Shown piece after piece: positions 1 to 8,596 of a stretch of 64,000 bases of DNA. The position numbers were made by a program, and so were the translations under genes. Every line of letters starts with the position of its first letter. The stretch's first letter is position 1. Origin of the DNA: Candidatus Woesearchaeota archaeon (GTDB lineage Archaea > Nanobdellota > Nanobdellia > SCGC-AAA011-G17 > JAGVZF01); NCBI GenBank assembly GCA_018302785.1, contig JAGVZF010000012.1, positions 1,859 to 65,858 of the forward strand, written 5' to 3'. The notes under the pieces are model-generated. The model saw only the letters and a list, made by a program, of their open reading frames with translations, ran no database searches and was not told the origin of the DNA.

Positions 1-2259
1 AGTACTCATATAAGGATATATATTAATGGAATAGCTGATTCAGCCTCTGCCCAAATCACTGGAAAGATTAGAGACTCTACAGATAATTTATTTATTGGGA
101 ATAATGATCTTAGCAGTGCTACATTTGATGGATTAATTGAAGAAGTAGTTATATTTAATAGATCATTAGATAGTTCAGAAGTACAAGATTTATATTCAAG
201 AGTTAATCCTGTACAATTATATTCATTAAATAAAACTATTAATGTAACAAGCTTTAGTCAATATAAGTGGAATTGTTTGGCTTATGATAACATAAATGCA
301 GCCTGGGCATTATCAAACTTTACATTTAGAATAAATACACAAGGCATAACTAATCCATATGTTACTTTATTAATACCAACAAATAATTCAATACTTAATG
401 AAAGTATTGTTAACTTTAGTTGTTCTGCTTATGATTATGAAGGAATCAAAAATATCACTTTAGAAATATACAATAAAGAATTTACAAATAAAATAAATAT
501 TTCAAAGGATGTTGGAGAAATAGCTAATAACGAGAGTAATATGAAGCTACTATTACATTTAAATAATGATAGTTACTACAATGAAAATTCTACATTTGTA
601 TATGATTCTAGTGAGAATGGTAATAATGGTATAGTTACAGAAGCAAGCTCTATTAATAATGGTAGAATAAATGGAGGATTTATGTTTGACTCTATAAATG
701 ATATTATTGAGGTTAATGGTTCAAATAGCTTAAACATTACAAATAATAAAATTAGTATTGAAGCTTGGTTTAATGTCACACAAGTTAGGGCAGGCATAAT
801 TTCTGGAGAAAATATTGGACAATGTTTAACCCCATACTTTACATATAATTTAGAAACTGAATCGACTGGTGCAATGGGCTTCCAAATAACTACAGATACT
901 GGTCGAACTGGTTTGTTTGCAACAAATAATTACTTAATCAATCAATGGACACATATTGTTGGAGTTTATAATGGAACGCATATGAAACTATATATTAATG
1001 GAAAATTGAATAATACTATTGCTAAGAGTGGTTCTTTAGGTTATTTAGGAAGTAGATTCTTTGTAGGGAAGAATCAGGCTTGTAATGATTACGATTTTAG
1101 AGGTATAATTGATGAAGTTGCAGTATTTAATAAAGAATTAAGTGACAATGAAATATTTGAACATTATAATTTAACTAAGAGTAGATACACTGCTAATTTT
1201 GCTGTAAACTTAGATGGAGGTAAATATGAGTGGAATTGTTTAGCTACAGATATATATGGATATAGTAATTATTCTATATTTAACCATACCCTAACTATTA
1301 ATGCCAAGCCAAATATTACAAGCATATTTATGGGTAATGATGGAAATATGTACAATTGTAAAAATGGTTGTTATATTAGTCCTAATAGACATTCTAATGC
1401 AACTAATATAAGTATGGTTGTAACTTTATTGGATAATGATTGTTCTTTAACTACTCATAAAGTATTTGTACACCTTTGTTTAGATTTATTTAATACTACT
1501 GGAGAAAGTACTGGAGAAAGTATGAATTCTATTTGCAATGAGATAACATCTAACTATACATTTGAGTTAAATAATTTAAGCATAAATGGACAAATTGGAG
1601 GAAATTATATTTGTAACTTTACCACTCCGCAATTAATTGGACCATCAGGACAGGATTATAGAGGAACTCCTGCATTCTTTATACCGCCAGACAATTATCA
1701 ATTGTATGTTAATGTTACAGAACTAAATACTAATCTAAATGTGGGTGCATCAAAAGATCTTTATTGGATTTATAGAACATTAATGGATAGTGGATATATT
1801 AATGAGGCAAACAATGAGGTTAATACAATACAAATTGGAGATGGCAATATTCAATTAAATGAATTTAATCCAGGAATATTTGAATATAGATTACAGAACT
1901 GGGGTAATTTAATTTTAAATGTTAGTTGGAACTCAACTAATCCAACAAATACAGCAAACCAGCAATATTGGAATATTAATAATTTGAGTGATGGATTTAT
2001 ATTAGATGATGATGTTAATGTAGATTATCCAGATACTGGTTTAATTGCTTTAAATATTACAAATATTTCAAGGCAATTTGTATTTGGAAATGGTTTAAGG
2101 AGATGCATCTCATTTAGCTGCAATGGTCTTATTAGTGGTTTTTATTCAGTAAATGAAAGCCTATCTACTAGATGGCACATAAAACCACCTTTAGGGTTAG
2201 CTCCGGATCAATATAGAAGTGAAATAATTTATATTATAAAGCCATGGGAAAAATTTTAG
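1..2259 (+). CDS. Large surface protein, 5'-truncated by the window edge; tandem LamG (Laminin_G_3 / concanavalin-A-like) modules plus a C-terminal domain shared with the next gene
   Basis: My translation of frame 1 is open from nt 1, so the TTG at 277 in the ORF track is not a real start. Two LamG-type signatures are present (GLIEEVVIFNRSLDSSEVQDLY and WTHIVGVYNGTHMKLYINGK...FRGIIDEVAVFNKELSDNEIFEHY). Each is followed by a (K/E)WNCLA(Y/T)D module. N-x-S/T sequons are very dense. Confidence 0.75.
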   Translation, partial: STHIRIYINGIADSASAQITGKIRDSTDNLFIGNNDLSSATFDGLIEEVVIFNRSLDSSEVQDLYSRVNPVQLYSLNKTINVTSFSQYKWNCLAYDNINAAWALSNFTFRINTQGITNPYVTLLIPTNNSILNESIVNFSCSAYDYEGIKNITLEIYNKEFTNKINISKDVGEIANNESNMKLLLHLNNDSYYNENSTFVYDSSENGNNGIVTEASSINNGRINGGFMFDSINDIIEVNGSNSLNITNNKISIEAWFNVTQVRAGIISGENIGQCLTPYFTYNLETESTGAMGFQITTDTGRTGLFATNNYLINQWTHIVGVYNGTHMKLYINGKLNNTIAKSGSLGYLGSRFFVGKNQACNDYDFRGIIDEVAVFNKELSDNEIFEHYNLTKSRYTANFAVNLDGGKYEWNCLATDIYGYSNYSIFNHTLTINAKPNITSIFMGNDGNMYNCKNGCYISPNRHSNATNISMVVTLLDNDCSLTTHKVFVHLCLDLFNTTGESTGESMNSICNEITSNYTFELNNLSINGQIGGNYICNFTTPQLIGPSGQDYRGTPAFFIPPDNYQLYVNVTELNTNLNVGASKDLYWIYRTLMDSGYINEANNEVNTIQIGDGNIQLNEFNPGIFEYRLQNWGNLILNVSWNSTNPTNTANQQYWNINNLSDGFILDDDVNVDYPDTGLIALNITNISRQFVFGNGLRRCISFSCNGLISGFYSVNESLSTRWHIKPPLGLAPDQYRSEIIYIIKPWEKF

Positions 2260-2313
2260 AGAAAGGTTTATATATATAATATCATAAAGTTTTTTAGTAA
2301 AAAGAGGGATATA

Positions 2314-4287
2314 ATGAAAAAAGGAAATGTAGGTTTATTGCTTCTAATTTTAGGGATTTCTTCATTTGTGATATTTTTTATTGGAAAAAATGCTATTGCA
2401 GATACTCCTTCTAAAGTTAATGCGACATTTGAAACTGTTAATACAGCTCCCTCTAGTTCTAGGAATATGTCAATACAACATTATATTTTAGGAACTCCAA
2501 AAGCCTTTGATTATTTTGATTTCAATGATGATGGAAGGGGTGCTGGAATTGCTGATACACACTATGTTGGAGGAATGCCCCCAAATAATGGTCCAAGTTT
2601 AAATTGGAGTGAAGGTTTTGATGTAGAGGGTCATGAAGTTAGAACTTATTTGTGCATTTCTTCTACTGCTGCTTTAAGAAATAGTGCTGTTCCTAATCTT
2701 TTTGGGGGATCGGTTCTCGAGTGTGATATTGTGGATAAATTTGGATTGGGTAATGAAATTTTAGACCCGCCTTATGTTATTACCCAAAGTGCTTTTTGGT
2801 TTAATAGAACTCATGAGAATAGAACATATTTTGTTAGAATGATTAGTGTTGAAAATACTGCACAAAGATTATTAAGCAGTAATTATGACACAAATATTAG
2901 TGTTGTAAATACAAGGCCCACAATGGCATTTAACTTTACAACTCCTGATTTACCATTCCCAAGCTCTCCTGAAGCTCATTCAAGAAGACCAGCTATTCAG
3001 TGGATGCCTAATTATCCTTCTTTAGATTATGATAATGGAACATCTATAGATAGATGGCCGGGAGATAATGTTACATATTTAGTTACTATACAAAATATTT
3101 CTGGGAGTAGAATATACTTAAATTCAACTTCATTATTAGATAATAGTTTTTTTAATAATCCAAGCAAATGGGCTTTTGATCTTGATTGGGGTAACATAAT
3201 TTTTGGAGGTGTAGTTAATTCTACTTATAATTTCTCAATCTGGGCTAATGATTCTGCTAATTTATGGTCTGGTCCTTATAACGGACAGTTTAATTTGGCT
3301 GATTTTGTGCCTGATGTTCAAACAGTTTATATGGGGGATAATTTTACACAACCAACAAATTGTTCTAATCCTGGATGTTTCTTAACTCCCACAAGACATT
3401 CTAATGTTACTTCATTAAATGTTACTGTTGTTGTTAAAGACATTGATGGAGATTGTTTATTAACAGGACCTAATGAATTTAATGCTTATCTCCATCTTTG
3501 TTTATTTGTACCAGGTAATAATTGCAATGAACAAACTTTACAACATAACTTTACATATTACATAGACAAGGTTAGGTTTCAAGCACCTGACACTTGTTAT
3601 TTTAATTTTAGTACAACTCCAGGACCAGGATCTGTAACTCCCGCATTCTTTATAGAACCTAGTAGTTTATATAGATTCTATGTTAATGTTACAAGCCAAA
3701 GTGGGATTAAAAGACCTTTAGGAACTGATACAGAATCTAGTGGTACTTGGACTTATAGACAATTATTAGATGCTGGGTATATTGATAATCAGATAGCTAC
3801 ACCTTATTTTGAGACTACTAATGTTACGGTAGGAACTCCTCTTCAAATTACCCCAGGATCATGGAGTAGCGGTACAAACAACTATACAACTTATAATTAT
3901 GGTAATGTTATTTTTGATACTGCTTGGAATACAACCAAATTTGTAAAAGAAGGTGGAGCTACTGGTTGTGGAGCAATCCCATTTGAATGGATTCCAGATG
4001 ACATATATCCTATACAAGTTGATGATGATCCATTACAACAGTTTGAGTTTCCAGGAGGTATTATACCTGTTAATATTCTAGGGGAGAGTCCTATAAGAAG
4101 ATTTTATTATCCGGGCCCCGGAGGTCTAACAGGAGGAGTTGTTAGATGTGACAGATTTGATTGTAATAATAATCAATTAAATGAAACTTTGAATACTAAC
4201 TGGCATATTAAACCTAGAGCACCATTATGCCCAGGCAAATATGGTGCTGTATTAGATGTGGTATTTTCAATTTATCCACCAGAATAA
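2314..4287 (+). CDS. Secreted surface protein; its C-terminal half is paralogous to the upstream gene
   Basis: N-terminal signal/TM (LLLLILGISSFVIFFIG). Shared motifs with gene 1: TPTRHSNVT / SPNRHSNAT, LHLCLF / VHLCLD, TPAFFIEP...YVNVT / TPAFFIPP...YVNVT, WTYRQLLDAGYI / WIYRTLMDSGYI, NETLNTNWHIKP / NESLSTRWHIKP. Confidence 0.7.
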   Translation: MKKGNVGLLLLILGISSFVIFFIGKNAIADTPSKVNATFETVNTAPSSSRNMSIQHYILGTPKAFDYFDFNDDGRGAGIADTHYVGGMPPNNGPSLNWSEGFDVEGHEVRTYLCISSTAALRNSAVPNLFGGSVLECDIVDKFGLGNEILDPPYVITQSAFWFNRTHENRTYFVRMISVENTAQRLLSSNYDTNISVVNTRPTMAFNFTTPDLPFPSSPEAHSRRPAIQWMPNYPSLDYDNGTSIDRWPGDNVTYLVTIQNISGSRIYLNSTSLLDNSFFNNPSKWAFDLDWGNIIFGGVVNSTYNFSIWANDSANLWSGPYNGQFNLADFVPDVQTVYMGDNFTQPTNCSNPGCFLTPTRHSNVTSLNVTVVVKDIDGDCLLTGPNEFNAYLHLCLFVPGNNCNEQTLQHNFTYYIDKVRFQAPDTCYFNFSTTPGPGSVTPAFFIEPSSLYRFYVNVTSQSGIKRPLGTDTESSGTWTYRQLLDAGYIDNQIATPYFETTNVTVGTPLQITPGSWSSGTNNYTTYNYGNVIFDTAWNTTKFVKEGGATGCGAIPFEWIPDDIYPIQVDDDPLQQFEFPGGIIPVNILGESPIRRFYYPGPGGLTGGVVRCDRFDCNNNQLNETLNTNWHIKPRAPLCPGKYGAVLDVVFSIYPPE

Positions 4288-4297
4288 GGAGGAAAAA

Positions 4298-4828
4298 ATG
4301 AATAAAACAATAACATATATTGCGATTATCTTAGTACTTATGAATTTTGTAGTTGCAGGAGTAGTTTTTCCAATTCCTGATTTGGAGCTTAAGCCAGGAG
4401 AATCTGGTAGATTCCAATTTTTAATTACTGGAAGTCCTCCTTTAAAATGTACTGTTAATCCAGATCATAAAACTCCTTTAAATGTTGAATTTGATAATAT
4501 GGAAGTTATTATAGAGTCTCAATCACAACCATATTTTGGAACTATAACAGCCCCAAAAGATACTAAATATGGAAAATATACGGAAACTTTTTGTGTTTCA
4601 TGCGAAGCTTTAGGAGAAGGGGGAGGATCTTCTTTAAGACAAAGTTTTTGTGATGTTCCTATTAATGTAGAGGTAGTTGGAGAAAGAACAAAAGAGAATA
4701 TACAATTCCCAGAAAAACCAAAAGAGAAGATTGATGCTATAGCAATTATAGGATTAATTGTACTTATTATATTAATAATCGTATTAATATTATTTGGTAT
4801 TAAAAAACCTAGAAATATTAAGAAGTAA
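4298..4828 (+). CDS. Small surface protein with N-terminal signal and C-terminal TM anchor
   Basis: ATG at 4298 is preceded by aggagg (4288-4293); the track start at 4256 overlaps the upstream gene. N-terminal hydrophobic YIAIILVLMNFVVAG; C-terminal TM AIAIIGLIVLIILIIVLILFG followed by basic KKPRNIKK. Confidence 0.6.
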   Translation: MNKTITYIAIILVLMNFVVAGVVFPIPDLELKPGESGRFQFLITGSPPLKCTVNPDHKTPLNVEFDNMEVIIESQSQPYFGTITAPKDTKYGKYTETFCVSCEALGEGGGSSLRQSFCDVPINVEVVGERTKENIQFPEKPKEKIDAIAIIGLIVLIILIIVLILFGIKKPRNIKK

Positions 4829-4860
4829 AAATATTTAAACTTAAATAATAAATATGTTTT

Positions 4861-6783
4861 ATGAAAAAAAGAGTATTTTTATTATTAATTTTTATTTTCA
4901 TTGTAATTAATTTCAAATTAGTATATTCTTTTGAGATAAATGCTTCTTTTAGAACTCAGAATAGCCTCCCTGTACTTAATCCTATTGGAAATTTAACAGT
5001 TTTTATCAATAAGATTTTTTTACATACAATTACTGCTACAGATCCAGATTTACCTTATGATTCATTAAGTTTTTTTCATAATTCTAATTTGTCTGAGTTT
5101 TTAATTATTTCCGAACCTATTCAAAATCCTTCTATTGTTGAAGCAAGGATTGAATTCTTTAGCAATAATTTATCATTAATTGGGATTTATTATGTAAATA
5201 TAAGTGTTAGAGACATTTTAGGAAGCATTGATTATGAGGTCATTAGATTAAATGTTACATATAATAATAGCAAGCCAAAAATTGTAGCTTTTAGACCTAA
5301 TTTTACTAATTTTACTATGAATGAGGGAGAATTAAGAAAGTTTAATGTTAGTGTTGTTGATTTAGATTTACCTTTTGATTCATTAAGATATTATTGGTTT
5401 TTTGATAGTTTTATTATTCCAGGGCAAATTTTTGATAATTTTGGTTTTATAGCAGATTATAATACTGCTGGAAATCATAATTTAACAGTTTATGTTTATG
5501 ATCAATTTAATACTTCTGACTTTAATACGTGGAATTTAACTATTATAGATGTGCCAGTTTCAACTTCTACTGGGGGAGGAGGTGGCGGTGGCGGAGGAGG
5601 GGGTGGAGGAGGAAGTTGTAGATCAAATTGGACTTGTACAGACTGGAGTCCTTGTCCTGTTTATAAGAAAGAAATTAGGAATTGTATTGATACTAACCAA
5701 TGTCCAAGACCAAGAGGTAAGCCTGAAGAACAGCAAAATTGTTTGTATATTCCGCCAGCAACATGTGATGATGGAGTTTTAAATGGAAATGAAATATTAG
5801 TAGATTGTGGTGGAAGTTGTAGTGCATGTGCAAGTTGTAGTGATAATATTCAAAATCAAGATGAAGAAGGATTAGATTGTGGCGGGCCATGTCCTAGGCC
5901 TTGTGGGTTAATATATAATCCTGCTATTTATCCTGTTTGTGGGGATAATAGATGTGAAGGTATAGATGTAGTTATGTGTCCTAATGATTGTAGATCAAGC
6001 TTGCCCTTAATGATAGTTATAATTGTACTTTTAACCTTATATTTAGTTTATGCTTATGGAAAATTAACTTTAATATTTAGCTTAGTAAATAGAAGAAGAA
6101 ATGAATTAGATATTTTATCATCAAAAAGAACTCCTAGTTTGTCTGCATTTAATAATCTTTTATTAATAAAAAATGTTATTGGAAAAGAAAATAAAGAGCT
6201 TTTATTTAAGAAATTTTTAACTATAATGAGGAATTTCTTTTCTGTATTTTTCTTAATTAAATATGAATTTACTTATGAGGAGCTTAAGAAAGAAATTAAA
6301 AAATATATTATGGATGAACAATTAAGAGAAAAAATTCATAAGTTATTGGATGAAATTTCTAAAATAGAATATAAAAAGGATGAAGTATCATTAAGTCCTT
6401 TTAAAGATGCTGTTGAAAATTCATTATATATAGTAGAAAGCTTAAAAATACTTGAAGAAAAAAAATATAGAGAATTTAAGATTAAAAAGGCACAAGAAAA
6501 ATTTAGCATTATTAGACTACCTATAATAATTATTAAAAAAATAGTTAATATTTTTATTTTATTGGAGTCTGCTTTTATAGAATCAAAACATTTAAGAAGT
6601 CAATTAAGAGATTTTGAAAAATATATTCAAGATTTGAATTCTAATATTAGGAATAGAGACTTTGACAATGCAAAGGAGAAATATAATAAAATAAAGTTAA
6701 TTTATAATGAATTACCTATGAAATATAAAAATAAATATCATAATAAATTACTATTACTATATAATACTCTTAATAAGGTTTAA
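4861..6783 (+). CDS. Single-pass membrane protein: cadherin-like repeats, (Gly)14 linker, Cys-rich module, TM, long K/E-rich cytoplasmic tail
   Basis: Signal peptide VFLLLIFIFIVINF. ATDPDLPYDSLSF and DLDLPFDSLRY repeat motifs. A run of 14 Gly. About 30 Cys between the Gly tract and the TM LPLMIVIIVLLTLYLVYAYG. About 240 aa of Lys/Glu-rich tail. Confidence 0.7.
   Translation: MKKRVFLLLIFIFIVINFKLVYSFEINASFRTQNSLPVLNPIGNLTVFINKIFLHTITATDPDLPYDSLSFFHNSNLSEFLIISEPIQNPSIVEARIEFFSNNLSLIGIYYVNISVRDILGSIDYEVIRLNVTYNNSKPKIVAFRPNFTNFTMNEGELRKFNVSVVDLDLPFDSLRYYWFFDSFIIPGQIFDNFGFIADYNTAGNHNLTVYVYDQFNTSDFNTWNLTIIDVPVSTSTGGGGGGGGGGGGGGSCRSNWTCTDWSPCPVYKKEIRNCIDTNQCPRPRGKPEEQQNCLYIPPATCDDGVLNGNEILVDCGGSCSACASCSDNIQNQDEEGLDCGGPCPRPCGLIYNPAIYPVCGDNRCEGIDVVMCPNDCRSSLPLMIVIIVLLTLYLVYAYGKLTLIFSLVNRRRNELDILSSKRTPSLSAFNNLLLIKNVIGKENKELLFKKFLTIMRNFFSVFFLIKYEFTYEELKKEIKKYIMDEQLREKIHKLLDEISKIEYKKDEVSLSPFKDAVENSLYIVESLKILEEKKYREFKIKKAQEKFSIIRLPIIIIKKIVNIFILLESAFIESKHLRSQLRDFEKYIQDLNSNIRNRDFDNAKEKYNKIKLIYNELPMKYKNKYHNKLLLLYNTLNKV
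5572..5613 (+). repeat. GC-rich (GGN)14 tract encoding Gly14
   Basis: ggg gga gga ggt ggc ggt ggc gga gga ggg ggt gga gga gga, read directly and in frame with the CDS starting at 4861. Confidence 0.95.
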
Positions 6784-7718
6784 GGAATAGTTCTATATTT
6801 TGAACTTAATAATAACCATTCTATTAGTAAAAATAATAATCCAGATAATAAAGAATATTGCGCTAAATCTAGATTTTTGTTGCCTTCTTTAAGACTTGCA
6901 ATTTCTAAATAAGCATTATTCATATCTTCGATGTCTGAAGCTAAGAAAGCCTTTCCATTAGTCTCCTTAGCTATATGTTCTAGATCATCAAAATTAACTT
7001 TAGAAATAATACTTTCATTATAATTTTCAAATGTCCCCCCTTCTTTTGTACCAATACCAATAGCATTAATCACAATATTATTGGATTTTGCATATTCTAC
7101 TCCTTCTTTAATACTGGCTCCTATATTATTTTGACCATCTGTGATTAAAATTAATGAGCTTTCTTTACCTTCAGAAGTTAGTAAATTTGTAGATGTTATA
7201 ATAGCTTCCCCTATTCCTGTGCCTGCAATTAAAGCAGTGTCTATTGAGTTTATAGCTTGTTTTACTTGGATTATATCATTTGAAGGTCTTATTTTTATAT
7301 AGCTAGCTCCGGAGAAGCTAATAATACCTATTTTAGTTTGTAAAGGTAGTTTATCAATAAAAGATACTGCTGTTGTTTTAGCAGCTTCTAACCTATTCGG
7401 AGTAAAATCAGTGGCTAGCATACTCCCGGAAGCATCTATAGCTATAACAAAATTTACATTAGTAATTTTTCCATAATAGGTATAACCTATTCCAGATATA
7501 GATAAAATAATTAATGTTAATGCTGAAATTCTTAAGATTAATAAATTAATATTTTTTGAGAGTATTTTTGTATGAGAAAATCTTTCAATTGCTTCATAAT
7601 TTGCAAATGAAAGTGCTTTTCTTTTTGTTATTTTTATAGTAAATATATGAAGAATTGTAATTAGTGGAATTAAAATTATAAGCCAGAGATATCCAGGATT
7701 TGAAAAAGTTAAGCTAAT
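6780..7718 (-). CDS. BatA-like membrane-anchored von Willebrand factor A (vWA) protein; start codon unresolved
   Basis: vWA/MIDAS motifs VIAIDASGSMLATD and LILITDGQNN. C-terminal TM LLSGLLFLLIEWLLL. My translation shows the frame open upstream of the ATG at 7421 as far as 7766. That stretch encodes a typical BatA N-terminus (FSNPGYLWLIILIPLITILHIF...RKALSFANYE) with no ATG/GTG/TTG. The 7718 (ATT) end is a guess. Confidence 0.7.
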   Translation of the reverse strand: MSLTFSNPGYLWLIILIPLITILHIFTIKITKRKALSFANYEAIERFSHTKILSKNINLLILRISALTLIILSISGIGYTYYGKITNVNFVIAIDASGSMLATDFTPNRLEAAKTTAVSFIDKLPLQTKIGIISFSGASYIKIRPSNDIIQVKQAINSIDTALIAGTGIGEAIITSTNLLTSEGKESSLILITDGQNNIGASIKEGVEYAKSNNIVINAIGIGTKEGGTFENYNESIISKVNFDDLEHIAKETNGKAFLASDIEDMNNAYLEIASLKEGNKNLDLAQYSLLSGLLFLLIEWLLLSSKYRTIP

Positions 7719-8596
7719 TTCATTTCCCTCCTCTTTAATATTTTTAAGAACAAACTTGTGAAGTCTTCACTTGTTTTCATGTCAATATAGTCTAGACCAT
7801 ATTTTTTAAATGTATGAATTAAATAAGATTTTTTTATTTTGTTATACTCTTCATATTCTTTACTTATTGAGTCAGGGTCTACTAATAATTGTTCATTTGT
7901 ATAAGGATCAGAAATCATTACTTTTCCTATATTTGTTGGGAGAATTTCATCTCTAATATCTCTTAGGATTATCATCATAATGTCAAATTTTTGATTTGCT
8001 ACTTTTAAAGATTCTTCCAAATTACTATTTAAATTAATAAAATCAGAAATAACTATAAGAAGGCTTTTTCCCTTAGTCATTTTCATTAAATGTTCTAGAG
8101 CTATTTTTAGATTAGATTTACCCCCATAAAATCTTGAATCTAATAAAGATCTTAGAATAATGAAGAATTGTTCTCTTGAATTAGAAGGAAGAATTTCTTT
8201 TTTTATTTTATCACTATACATAATTAAGCCTATTTTATCATCACTTTTTATTACTAAATGAGATATAGCTGCTGTTATTTCTGCTGCATATTCGTTTTTT
8301 AATTTTTGTGTTGATCCAAATATCATTGAAGAGCCTACATCCAGGAGAATATAAACATCTAGCTCTCTTTCTTCTTTATATTCTCTAACTAATAATTTAT
8401 TTGATCTAATTGTTGCTTTCCAATCAATTCTAGAAGAATCATCTTGGTCAGTATAAGTTCTATAGTCCATAAATTCAAGTCCTTTACCTAAGAAAACTCT
8501 CCTATATCTACTCATTATTCTTGCCTCTGCTAAACTTTTAAGAATTCCTTCAATTCTTCTTACTAATCTAGAAGTATCTATTTGAATCTCTTTCAT
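7709..8596 (-). CDS. DUF58 family protein (MoxR-associated, vWA-like)
   Basis: DUF58 signature FMDYRTYTDQDDSSRIDWKATIRSNKLLVREYKEERELDVYILLDVGSSM. 4-nt overlap with MoxR upstream. Confidence 0.85.
   Translation of the reverse strand: MKEIQIDTSRLVRRIEGILKSLAEARIMSRYRRVFLGKGLEFMDYRTYTDQDDSSRIDWKATIRSNKLLVREYKEERELDVYILLDVGSSMIFGSTQKLKNEYAAEITAAISHLVIKSDDKIGLIMYSDKIKKEILPSNSREQFFIILRSLLDSRFYGGKSNLKIALEHLMKMTKGKSLLIVISDFINLNSNLEESLKVANQKFDIMMIILRDIRDEILPTNIGKVMISDPYTNEQLLVDPDSISKEYEEYNKIKKSYLIHTFKKYGLDYIDMKTSEDFTSLFLKILKRREMKLA

Noticed and set aside
4256-4297. Track start of the 190-aa ORF inside the end of the upstream gene
   Set aside because: ATG at 4298 has a perfect aggagg SD 5-10 nt upstream and begins the signal peptide. 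The upstream 14 codons overlap the previous CDS.
5549-5890. ORFs 5549-5782 (+) and 5693-5890 (-) over the poly-Gly / Cys-rich region
   Set aside because: These are alternative frames of the strongly supported 4861-6783 CDS. Their products are low-complexity (E/V or H/L rich).
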